From Eledone cirrhosa (Eukaryota), in assembly GCA_964016885.1 (NCBI GenBank), contig OZ024743.1:315766001-315830000 (forward strand): a stretch of DNA of 64,000 bases, in the 5' to 3' direction. The translations under genes were made by a program, and so were the position numbers. The notes under the pieces are model-generated. The model saw only the letters and a program-made list of their open reading frames with translations, was not told the DNA's origin and did not search any database. The first letter of the stretch is position 1. The number at the start of each line of letters is the position of its first letter. Below, piece by piece: positions 12,549-24,849 of the stretch.

Positions 12549-15500
12549 TTTTTGAGTCTCAGTCATTGATGTTAGTTAACTGGAAAGTTTGTTGAAATGA
12601 ATATCAAGCCACTACCTGCAGCCTCAGATATTAAGGACGTATCGGAGGGTTCTTGCTGTTCCCAGCAAGCATCCCCTTTGAAGCGTTCCAAAAGCGTGAA
12701 GGGGCCAATTTTCTTTAACCATCTCTGGAAACTTTTTGAGATAGTCCCTAGTGCGCCTATGACAATCGTGATCAATTTGACTTCATGGCAGTTCCAAATC
12801 CTTTTTACCTCCCACTTTAAGTCCTGCTATCGGTTAATTTTCTCCCTCTTCTTCTCTTGCACTCTCGTGTCGAATGGGCAGGCCACATCCACAATCAGGC
12901 ACGATCTTTTTTCCTTGTCCAAAACCACCAGGTCAGGTCTATTGTGTTCCAGTTTCTTGTCCGTCTGTATCCTAAAATCCCACAACACCTTCACCTGATC
13001 GTTTTCTATCACCACCTCTGGCTTATGCTCATACCACTTCTCAGAATGTGGTAAATTGTTTACTTTGCATAGGTGCCAGTGGATCACCCTGCCCATCACA
13101 TCATGTCTCCAGCCTTTATACACTCGGATACAATGTGAGCCACAGTCGCCTCTCTCTCTCTCTCTCCACAGATCCTGCACAGTGGGCTAGCCTCCTCCTT
13201 GTAAATGTGGTGTTTCAACCACTTCGTTTTGAGGGCCTGCTCCTGTCAACCATTAACATTCCTTCTGTAGCCTTTTTAAGGCCTCCTCTTTTCAACCAGT
13301 TCCATGTCTGTGGATCTCTAAATTCAATTTTCTCAAAGAAGGTACTATGAAGGGATTTTTCCTGAAGGCTTCTCTTTCTCCTTGATGTTATTTCCTCCTT
13401 GGACATCCCCTGGCCTATTGTCCCCTCCTTCAGTACAGTTCTGAGCATTGGCTCCTTACTATCAGTCACGTATTTGTGTAGGTTGTTTTTCTCCATCTGA
13501 ACACAGTCCTCTATGCTGATAAGACCTCTTCCACCTTCAGATCTCCTTAAGTAGAGTCTATCGACATCACTCCTCTTGTGGAACATATTGTAGATAGTCA
13601 ATAGCTTCCTAGACTTCCTATCCATTTATTTTTGTTCAGCAACATTCCATCTCAGAATTCCCGCACTGTACCTAATAATAGACACAGCTCGGGAATTTAC
13701 TGCACTTATGGCATTCCTACTGTTCAGATGTGACTTTAATACGCTCCTTACTCTCTGAAGGTATTCAGTTCTTATCAATTCCTTCATTTTTTTGTTCTTG
13801 ATGTCATCAGCCTCCAGAACGCCCAAATACTTGTATCCTTCCTCAGAGTCAATTTCCTTTATCATCTCACCTGTTGGTACCTGGATTCCGTTACTTCTGC
13901 TCAACATACCCATCCTCATCACAATGACTCCACACTTACTAATACCAAATTGCATACATATATCATTGCTGAAAATACGGACAGTGTCAACAAGCACATC
14001 CAACTCCTTCTCACTCTTCCCGAAGAGCTTAAGATGGTCCATGAAGAGGAGGTGATTGATGGTAAGCCCTCCCTTTCCCAACCCGTATCCTGCTCTCACT
14101 TCTCGCAGTACACTGGTCAGGGGCATCAGGGCAAGGACAAACAACAGAGGGGACAGACTATCTCCCTGGAAGATACCTCTCTTGATCTTCACGCTTCCCA
14201 AGGATTCTCCAGTTGATGTTAACTCTGTTTCCCAGGACTTCATACTTTTGCCCAACAACTGTTTGATGTTATCTGCCACCTTGAAGATCTCCAGGCTTTT
14301 GGTGATCCAAGAATGAGGCACCATTTCAAATGCCTTTTTGTAGTCTATCCATCCCATGGCAAGACCAGTGTGTCTCCTCCTGCAATTCCTCATTACCATC
14401 TTATCAATAAGTAACTGGTCCTTTGTACCACGTGACTTCTTTCGGCATCCTTTCTGTTCGTCCGGTAACAAGTTGTTTGTGTGGAGGTGATGGTAGATTT
14501 CCTCAGACATAATGCCTGTCAACAGTTTCCACATTACGGACAGACATGTGATAGGTCTATAGTTGGTAACATCATTAACCTTGATTCGGTCTTTCATTAT
14601 CAGAACTGTTGTACCTTTTGTCAACCACTCTGGTACCTCACCTGACATCAAGCAGTCATTGAACATGGTTGTCAGTTTCGGGTAGAGGGATGTTATGTTT
14701 TTAATCCAATACCCCTGCACACCATCTGGGCCAGGTGATTTCCAGTTGGTTAGTTTTTTGGCCTGCCCCTTAAGAGTTTCAACTGTGATACTCAAATCAG
14801 TTTTTTGGTGTGCCTGTTCACTGATCTCCTTCTGTACTGTCTCAATCCACACTGCCTGGTCATTATGTTTAACATCCTGCTCCCATATTCCTCTCCAGAA
14901 TGTTTTAGTTTGTTCCGCCTCAGGGATCAAGTCGTTGCCTCTTTCTTTCCCTTCAAGCCGTCCAAACAGCATCTTCTGGTTATTGTCGAACATGCGGTAC
15001 TGTCTATACTGACTGACTCTGTTCTCGTATCGCCTGATTTTTGCACTCTTTGCTACAATGCGTGCTTCAGTTCCTCTATGATAATATTTAGCTTTTTCCT
15101 CCTAGTTTTGTTCTTTATTTCCAGTCTATTTTTAGTGTCTGTTTTTTAGTGTCCCATTCAGTAGGGACTCAAGCTTTCCAATGTCATTTCTCATTTCCCT
15201 GATTTGATCACTCAGTCGTTTCTTCCACCAAGGCTCTGCCCTTTCTTGTCTGTTGTTTCCTCTCGGTTTTATACCAAGTAGTTTCCTCACCGTATTTGCT
15301 GTTGCTTTGAGGATATTGTTGCACTGGTGAAGGCTCCTCGCCTCAAGGTATGGGATGACTTTGTTTACCTTAGCTATTGTTTCTTTTAACTTTTTCCTGT
15401 CTACAAATCTTAGGTTCATAGGTCTCCCACTATCATTGTTCAATTCATCCACCACTAAGTTTAGGATATCTACCAAATCTTGTCCTAGCCCGTCAGCATT

Positions 15501-16200
15501 CATCTCCTTAGTGGCCGTATCTCTGTTCCAGGTATTATTTTTCTCAGCATTCAGATCATTGTCTGTTTCGGGTGGTTCCTCCGTTCTCTCGACCTCTTCA
15601 CCTTCCTTTCCCACTGGCTCGTTTCCCTGGCATACTCCACCCTCCATCTCCAAGGTAATCTCTCTGCTCAGTTCCTCCAGTTCCAGCTTGCTTATCCACC
15701 CATTAGTTCTTATTACCCGAGCCTGCCCGGCCAATTTTTGTTCATCTAATTTAAATGGACCAATCTCGTTCCAGATGTTATGCATCCTTTTCCTATAGCC
15801 TTTCTCCTTGGTGTTACTCTTCAGGTAACATTGCATAACAGTTCTACTCAATTCTTTCGTCCAGTTGGTTCTGGTCCCTTTCCTTCTTCTTCTTCCTCCG
15901 ACACCAGCAGTATTTGGTTGACAGCCAGGTCCCTGCTGCTGAGCCAGGGAGCACCTGTTGGGTGAGAGTCTGTCACATGACATTCTAGTCTCCATTTAAC
16001 CGTTATTCGAACTGTTTAGGTTCGACATTTAAACACTCTTATCGAGGATTGGCGAATGTATGGTTTCATAACCACCGGTGAATTACTTGTCTCCGGTGGT
16101 TTCGTCACTCCACGTGACCTTTGTGTGGCATTATCACGCTGTAGACGAACCCAAATAAACAAACAAACAAACAGGCAGAAAAAACCCCAAAAATGAATAA
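12549..16200 (-). mobile_element. R4/Dong-like non-LTR retrotransposon (RT plus restriction-like endonuclease), family A, near full length, disrupted
   Basis: ORF pieces 15132-15995, 13626-14993, 13215-13625, 12827-13180, 12572-12775. NYRPITCL, GIFQGDSLSP, HLLFMDHLK, NRPDLVV. The 3' end abuts (TAT)n. The 5' limit is approximate. Confidence 0.88.
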
Positions 16201-16344
16201 GTATAAGTTTCATTGTAATGTAGTGTTTGAATGTCTGACTTAGTTTTTCCCTTCCCTTCTCTGTCCGTCCGTTTGTTTTTCTCTTCATTTTTATTTCCTT
16301 TACGTTTTTCGTTGTTGCTCTGCTGCTTTGATTTTTATTTTTGT

Positions 16345-18543
16345 TTTTTTTTATTTTGACCGGCTCATCAATTCAGTCTATTTATATATGTTGATGCCTT
16401 CCTCTTTTAGTGAGAATTCTACAATGTAGCAGGGGCTAGCGGGAGAGTATAGCGGCGGTAGTGACAATGAGGCAGCGGCGATGGCGGTGCTGTGCCAGCA
16501 GCAACTAGCAGGAGGTAGTGGGAGAGAATAGCGGCGGTAGCGATAATGAGGCAGCGGCGGTGGCGATGTGGTCGTATTACTGTAGCGATGGTGTTGAAGA
16601 TGGAGTAGAAATTTGAGTCGACTTGACCAGAGTTTTCATCGTGGCAGTGGTGGTGGCACTGGTGGTGAAATTATCTTTAGTGAAATTCTCATTAGTCGCG
16701 TATATGTGTTGACATATTTCTTAGTATTGGAATTAAACATTTTGTTAAAACTAAAACTTGATTTTTATTTTTGTTTTTTTTTTATTTTGACCGGGTCATC
16801 AATTCAGTCTATTTATATATTTTGATGTTTTCCTCTTTTAGTGAGAATTCTACAATGTGGCAGGGGGTAGCGGGAGAGAATAGCGGCGGTAGTGATATTG
16901 AGGCAGCGGCGGCGGTGGTGGTGGCGGTGCTGTGCCAGCAGCAACTAGCAGGAGGTAGTGGGAGAGAGTAGCTGCTGTAACGATAATGAGGCGCTGGTGG
17001 TGGTGATGATGTGGTCGTATTACTGTAGTGATGGTGTTGAAGTTGGAGTAGAAATTTCAGTCGACTTGATCAGAATTTTCATCGTGGTAGTGGTGGTGGT
17101 ATTGGTGGTGAAATTATCTTTAGTGAAATTATCATTAGTCGTGTATATGTGTTGACATATTACCTTAATATTGGAATTAAACATTTTGTTAAAACTAAAA
17201 CTTGATTTTTATTTTTTATTTTTTTTTAATTTTTATTTTGACCAGGTCATCAATTCAGTCTATTTATATATTTTGATGTTTTCCTCTTTTAGTAGGAATT
17301 CTACAATGTAGCAGGGAGTAGCGGGAGAGAATAGCGGCGGTAGTGATATTGAGGCAGCGGCGGTGGTGGTGGTGGCGGTGCTGTGCTAGCAGCAACTAGC
17401 AGGAGGTAGTGGGAGAGAATAGCGGCGGTAACGATAGTGAGCCAGCGGTGGTGGTGATGTGGTCGTATTACTGTAGCGATGGTGTTGAAGATGGAGTAGA
17501 AATTTGAGTCGACTTGACCAGAGTTTTCATCGTGGCAGTGGTGGTGGCACTGGTGGTGAAATTATCTTTAGTGAAATTCTCATTAGTCGCGTATATGTGT
17601 TGACATATTTCTTAGTATTGGAATTAAACATTTTGTTAAAACTAAAACTTGATTTTTATTTATTTTTTTTTTTTATTTTGACCGGGTCATCAATTCAGTC
17701 TATTTATATATTTTGATGTTTTCCTCTTTTAGTGAGAATTCTACAATGTAGCAGGGGGTAGCGGGAGAGAATAGCGGCGGTAGTGATATTGAGGCAGCGG
17801 CGGCGGTGGTGGTGGCGGTGCTGTGCCAGCAGCAACTAGCAGGAGGTAGTGGGAGAGAGTAGCTGCTGTAACGATAATGAGGCGGTGGTGGTGGTGATGA
17901 TGTGGTCGTATTACTGTAGTGATGGTGTTGAAGTTGGAGTAGAAATTTCAGTCGACTTGATCAGAGTTTTCATCGTGGTAGTGGTGGTGGTATTGGTGGT
18001 GAAATTATCTTTAGTGAAATTATCATTAGTCGTGTATATGTGTTGACATATTACCTTAATATTGGAATTAAACATTTTGTTAAAACTAAAACTTGATTTT
18101 TTTTTTTTCTTTTTTTCTTTTTTTATTTTGACCAGGTCATCAATTCAGTCTATTTATATATTTTGATGTTTTCCTCTTTTAGTAGGAATTCTACAATGTA
18201 GCAGGGAGTAGCGGGAGAGAATAGCGGCGGTAGTGATATTGAGGCAGCGGCGGTGGTGGTGGTGGCGGTGCTGTGCTAGCAGCAACTAGCAGAAGGTAGT
18301 GGGAGAGAATAGCGGCGGTAACGATAGTGAGGCAGCGGTGGTGGTGATGTGGTCGTATTACTGTAGTGATGGTGTTGAAGTTGGAGTAGAAATTTCAGTC
18401 GACTTGATCAGAGTTTTCATCGTGGTAGTGGTGGTGGTATTGGTGGTGAAATTATCTTTAGTGAAATTATCATTAGTCGTGTATATGTGTTGACATATTA
18501 CCTTAATATTGGAATTAAACATTTTGTTAAAACTAAAACTTGA
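16345..18543. repeat. Tandem repeat of about 445 bp, five units, with an 891-bp higher-order period
   Basis: Units start at ttttattttgacc near 16353, 16784, 17235, 17675, 18125. Matching track ORFs are 891 bp apart. Confidence 0.9.
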
Positions 18544-18961
18544 GGCAATAGTAATAGTAATTATTATTATTATGCTGAGATTGGTGGTGGTGGTGGTGAA
18601 ATTGCCGTTATCTGGCTGTTGTGTTTAGTGTACACAGAGGGGTGATGGGGTACGTGGTGTATCTAGTTTCTGATGTTGGTGAAATTGCTGTTATTTGGCT
18701 GTTCTATATAGTGTAGACAGGGGGGGTTTTCTTCCATTTATAACGATTTTCAATTTTGAATATAAAATGCATAATACAAAATTGAATATTTGAGCGATAT
18801 AACAATATATTGTGGATCCGAATTTTTTGGGACTCAAGCCGGATGTTTTATGCAACATTTGTACTAAGAATTGTTATTTCACAATTGATTTAAATATGTT
18901 AAAAAATCAAAACTTACGGGAGCGATTTCTCGACCTTCTATCCACCATGTGTGTCTTCTTC

Positions 18962-19007
<46 letters not shown>

Positions 19008-19224
19008 GGCGACCTACGTAGTAAATCGTATCATCGTGAGCTCCGCAAAGGTTTGTTATTTTCAGTTATTTAAAATTGCCATGTATGGAAAAAATGTTAT
19101 TGTTAACCATATATAAGTACACATACATTGATTTCTGAAAAGGACACTCAAAAATATTGGGGCCTTGAGCCCAAAATTTAAACTTTTTATAATTATCAGA
19201 CAAAAATGTTTTCTTTGAAAAATA

Positions 19225-21147
19225 ATGGATGACTCAGATTCACTCCTTCCTCACAATCCAACACCTCACACCGACACCACCATTGTAAACATTGCTACGT
19301 TTGCCAACACTGGAATATTAAGCAGTAGCAATATTATTAATTTGTCTCAGGCAGAAGTTCATTTCCCGCCATTACCAATGACTGCAGGTGTTAAAGCCGC
19401 CACCACCACCACCACCACAGTGACAACAGAAACAAAAGAAAAAAATAAATTAACTCATGATATCGAAATGAATTCAACCAAAATGAACTCTTCCACACCG
19501 AACACCACTGACGCCACCACAACTGAAACTAAAATTAACAATAGCAAAAAAAACGATAATAACAACAGCAACAATGAAATTAAGAAAACTACCCTGAGTT
19601 TTGCCAGAGTAGCAAAAACGTGCGAAGCGATCCAGGTAACTCAGGAAGAATTAGACGAAGCCAAAGGAATGATGAAGAAAGAAGGGTACAGGGTCAGCCC
19701 CCACCCCCACACCTAATAAAATGGAGCAACGTCGCCTATGCACAGTGTCTTATCGGACAATAAACATAAAATCGCGCCGAGTGGAACGGGCATCTGAGTC
19801 CCAAATCCAAAAAGCTTTGGGACATGTGTGGGCAAGAAAAACTCACATCAGACATGGGCAGAAGTATGGAACCGTGGACGTGTTCTTTGAAACACCACAG
19901 GAGGCCAGAGAACACTCCATGGCCCCATTAAAAAGTGACGACTTCACACTCATCCCAAGCTATTGTGGCCAGAGTCTTGTGAAGATCAGGGTAACCCACG
20001 TTCCACCGGCCATCGAAATTCCCTGGCTAATGGCTGCCGTCCTCTCCGGCATCGAGGCAAACACCAAAATAATAGAAATAGCAAAAGAAAAGCGGGAGAA
20101 CTGGTCCGGATCTGGGATGGAGCTCCTGATCCAAGCGGACCATAAAAGCATTGAGGAGATCCCAGAGGTAATAGACCTCACTGACGGCAGCCACCTCACC
20201 GTAATCGTCGAGGGCAGAAGACCTAGGTGTGTCGTTTGTGGTGAAGGAACCCACCTAAGGGCTTTCTGCCCTCAGGCTAAAAGGTTGAGGCCACCTCTCT
20301 TACCCACCCCAGTGACTCAACCATCAACACCACCAGCAGCAGAAATAGCAGCAACAACTGTAGCAGCAACAACAGAAGCAACTGTAACAGCAACAACCCC
20401 AGCAACAGTAGCAAAACCAACACCACCACCACCCAACGCCCCAGAACTAGCACCAGCGCCTACACCATCCACCACGCCACAACCAAAACCAACGCCTGTG
20501 GAGGATTTTCCACTCCCCAGCTTATCGCAACTGGAGACAGATTGTGACGACGAGGAGTGGGAAACGGTATGAGGAAAAAAAAAAAAAAAAGAAACCAAAA
20601 AAGAAAAAATTCTCTTCCTTCCCCCTCAAAAAACAAAATACAGAGGGGAACAAATAAATTATCGAACAAGAAAGTTAAGACAGATATGCCACCATCCACA
20701 CCAGCATCACCAACCCCATCACCACAAACACCAACACCATCACCATCATTAACCCCAACACCACCATCACCAACACCACAAAAGTCACCAAAAAGCGTAA
20801 CAGAAACAAACCCACAACAAACGCAAACAAAACAAAACAACCAAAACGATACACACTACACAGCATTAAATTTGAACAACAACCAATTATTACACTACAT
20901 GCAACACAACACCAGCATCACAGAAAAAGACTACAAAACAACCCAAAAGTTCACACCACCTCCACACATACAAATCACTCGCATCACACAGAAAACGTAC
21001 ACGACACTAACACAAAAATTCCCCAAAGACATCGGATACTTCCGACAAACACTCTCCAGGAGGATTTATAAGGACATTCTTCCGGAGGAGGCCACAAGCA
21101 GTGAAAAGGATGGACAAACCATCCTTCCTCTACGAGAAGTAAGGTAA
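19225..21147 (+). pseudogene. Tx1 ORF1 (gag-like zinc knuckle), frameshifted
   Basis: RRPRCVVCGEGTHLRAFC (CX2CX4HX4C), Pro/Thr-rich segments. Confidence 0.8.
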
Positions 21148-21181
21148 GTGGTCTTTCCCATCTTTTCCACTCCATTTCAAC

Positions 21182-24100
21182 ATGACCTCACTCAGAATAG
21201 GCAGTATAAATGCGCGTGGCTTGGGGTCGTCATGGAAGCAGGGCCACCTGCTCAACGACCTCAGGTCACTAAACATAGATGTAGTGGCCATCAGCGAGAC
21301 CAGAATCTCCGAAGCACAGGCCTTCGCACCGATCTTCGGCGGCTACGATGTGTACGCATCTCCCAGCTGTCCGGGATCGGGGGGAGGAGTTGCTGTGCTT
21401 TTTCGGAGAGGTTTGGATCTCGCCATACGAGCCATCTTCCTGGACCCAGAAGGTAAGTTGGTGTTGCTAGACATGACCAGCGGAGACGGGCAAGCTTTCA
21501 GGCTAGTGGCCGTCTATGCCCCGACAGGAGCAGGGCGGCCTGATTTCTTCCGGCGTCTGGAGACCTTTCTTGGAACGTCCCGCTCTTTAGTGTTCGTGGG
21601 CGACTGGAACGGGATCTTAGATGAACGCTGGGACTGTGTGGGATTAGCGGATAGGGGAGGAGGGTGCAAGAGCCTCACCAACCTTCTCAGGCGTTTTGAA
21701 CTGTCTGACAGGTACCGATTGTATTTCCCGAATGTGCCAATGTGGACTTGGACAAATCGCATAGGGTCATCCAGATCATATCTAGATAGAGTATTTTGTA
21801 GAGAAATAGATAGGTCTAGCATAGGCTGTCCACAATTCAAGATAGTCAGCTACACGGACCACAAATTCGTAATCTGTGTACTTGACTTAGATAGGCTTCA
21901 TAGACGAGGACCCGGCTACTGGAAGCTAAACGCGTCCTTACCAGCGCGCAAGGCCCACAGAGACCGGATTAGCGAACTAGTTAAGCGGGCGTTGACGGGG
22001 GCCATCTTCAACAACAAGTGGTGTTTTGCTCTGAAAAGAGCAATTAGAATAGAGTCCATTAGGTTTAGTAAGGCTTTAGCAATAGAGAAAAATAGAGCAG
22101 AGGGAGAATTAGTTAGAAAATTAGATGAGGCGCTTAGCAAAGGCATCGCGACCGACGTACTTGCGGCGAAATTGGCCCTTGACCAATTCTTCAATGCAAA
22201 GCACGAAGGCTGCGTTGTCAGAGCTAGGGTGCGTGCTCTCAGACACGAGGGGACGAAAGCCGTTCAATGGGCCCGAGTGGCGGAGGGGCATCGTGGCAAT
22301 AAAGCCACGATCCGGTCTTTGGTGGACCACGACGGGCGCATGCTACTCGATCCCGGGCAAATGTGTAAAGCTTTTCAGCGACACTTCGCTCAGTTGTTCG
22401 GGGGCAGCGGCGGGCCGGATCGAGGGATGGACTTTAGTGTCTACCTCGACGGACTGCCGCGGCTTTCAGCCACTGAGGCGGAGTGTTGCGAAAAGCCGAT
22501 AACAGCCGCTGAAGTACGGGAGGCAATGACTAGCTGCACAAGGGGTAAATCGCCTGGTTTGGATGGTCTGCCATATGAACTTTACGTACAGATGCCAGAC
22601 TTGTTCGGAGGCCTCTTGGCGGACGTCTACTGCAACTGGCAACAGAACGGGAGAATTTCCAGCTCTGTGAGCCGAGGAGATGTGGCGCTGCTGAGAAAGG
22701 ATCCGAACAAGGGGGATAACATAGATAATTTTAGGCTCATAACTCTGCTAAACACAGAGTTCAAGATATTGGCCAAGGTGCTAGCAAAGAGGTTGGCGCT
22801 TGTCGTTGGTGGTCTGGTGGGAGAGGCGCAGACATGCGCCATTCCCGACAACCTCCACCTCATGTGATACATCGTAGAGAGGGTAGCTAGGGAACCTGGC
22901 ACGGATGGGTCCTTGATCAATTTAGATCAGTCGAAAGCTTTCGATAGGGTCGACCATCGTTACCTAGCGGCAGTCCTGAGGGCGGCTGAATTTGGGCCCG
23001 TCTTCAGAGGTTGGATCGCTGCCATGCACAGCGACATCTGCTCTGTGGTGAGAGTGAACGGTCACCTTTCGGAACCGTTCAACATCATGCGCTCGGTCCG
23101 CCAAGGATGTCCCCTCTCGTCCCTCTTGTACGTATTGACTCTCGAGCCATTACTGCACAAACTGGAGACGTTGAGGGGGGGGGGTCCCGCGCGAACTACG
23201 ATGCGGAAGGTCCGTGTCAGCATATGCGGACGATGTCACCGTAGTGGTGTCGAACGCCAAACACATCGAGGTGATCGCCACTACACTAAGAGAATACGAA
23301 GCGGTGACAGGAGCAATGATCAACCAGGAAAAGTCAGTGGGCCTGCAGCTCGGCACCTGGAGAGGCAGGTCCATGCCGTCCAACAGCGTCGTCGGGTGCT
23401 TGACGGACGGACCAGTTAAATTGCTCGGGGTCTGGTTCGGTCCGGATCTCCAGACGGACAAAAACTGGGACGAGGTGACGAGCAGGGTGGCTTCTCTCAC
23501 CCAGAAATGGGCCGAGAGGAAGCTATCCCTGAAAGGTCGAGCGGAGGTGGCTAACGCGTATATCGCGTCCGTTATCTACTACTGTCTGACCGTCGTACCT
23601 TGTCCTAAGCCCCGCCTGACTGCGCTGGAGCGTTTGCTCTTTCGCTTTTTGTGGAAGAGACGCGCTCCGATGGTCAAGCGGTCCATCTGCTGTCAACACC
23701 CGCTACGTGAAGGGCTGGGAATGTCGTGGCTGATGATGCGCAGACACGCGCTCAGGCTACGACATCTCCACCTCTTCCTCGACGGTGATCAGGTGTGGTC
23801 TCCGTTTGCTAGACACGTCTTTTCCCAGCTCGTGTCCTTGACGGAGCTGCAGTCCTGGGTCAAGCGAAGACCGAGAGGGAGCGCTTGGAGACTAGAATGT
23901 CTTCAGGCGCTCACAGCCGTCGACCAATCGGGCAATGTGATCGGTGGAAACTCCACGTTCTATAGAGGATTAGTGGAAGGGAAGAGCGACGACGTACTGG
24001 GGAAACTCTAGGCGTCGACGAAAATCAACTAGCCAATCTCTTCGGAAGAACTTTCGGGCCGGGGCCTATGGACAACTTCCAGAAATCCCTGGCCTGGCAG

Positions 24101-24582
24101 TGCTACCGAGGAGCTTTGCCAGTTCGAGATAACTCTACAAGCATGGAGGTGCCGTCAGCCGGGCATGTCCGTGATGCGTGCAGGGCGACGAAACCGTCCT
24201 GCACGCACTTGTCCAGTGTCCGAGCATTGCTGACTTGTGGGTTTATGTCGAACACCTGCTGTCGAGTGTGGGACGGATCCAGCTATCAGCTGAGTCCATC
24301 GTGAGGATTGCCCCGCCCTCTTCCTTTAGCCGGGAAGGGCAGGCAGTTTTTATCTGTCTGGTGGCCATGGCGAAAGAGATAGTATGGTGGACACGTTTGA
24401 AAGGGCTGAAGACGAGCACTTACCTCTTCGGTGATGCCCTGATTGACTTTTTCAAATTTCATTTGAAAAGGAAAATCAGAGTAGAGAGGGAAGTGCTCTC
24501 TTCCCAGCATTTTGTTGAAAGATGGGTGAGAGAAGCAAGAATGGCCCGAGTGAATGGGCCTACTCTGAGTACGTATATGTAA
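21182..24582 (+). pseudogene. Tx1 ORF2 (AP endonuclease-RT-zinc finger), disrupted
   Basis: INARGL, ISET, GDWN, LDRVF, YTDH, QGCPLS, AYADD. Confidence 0.9.
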
Positions 24583-24849
24583 ATTAAATTTGGAAAACTG
24601 GGAGAGGGCACTTACCTTGGTGGTCGGGGTTATTGTGGCCTTTTACTGGGCTTTCTCCACAAATATCCCTCCAAAGTCTCCCCCCTATTGGCGAATTTTT
24701 CATTGTTATTTTTTTGTTACATCCTCTGTTTTTGTTTTTTACACGCAGAAATGCCCATTAGTACCGTCCTGTATTGTCCTGCACTGTCATTAATGTCTAC
24801 TGTATGTAAACCCTTGTGGTTAATAAAGAAATCATTATTATTATTATTA

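Larger units (their letters stand above)
19008..24833 (+). mobile_element. Tx1/L1-clade LINE family C copy 1, full length, in (TAT)n
   Basis: Starts ggcgacctacg directly after (TAT)n and ends aataaagaaatc directly before (TAT)n. Confidence 0.92.

Noticed and set aside
12597-16288. Plus-strand ORFs overlapping LINEs
   Set aside because: Antisense shadows of RT coding sequence
16345-18543. CRISPR array or repeated exons
   Set aside because: Plain tandem units with no unique spacers and no consistent ORF, in a eukaryotic context
21140-21150. AG/GTAAGT splice donor at the Tx1 ORF1 stop
   Set aside because: Only shared by two close copies, absent in family D, and no acceptor evidence
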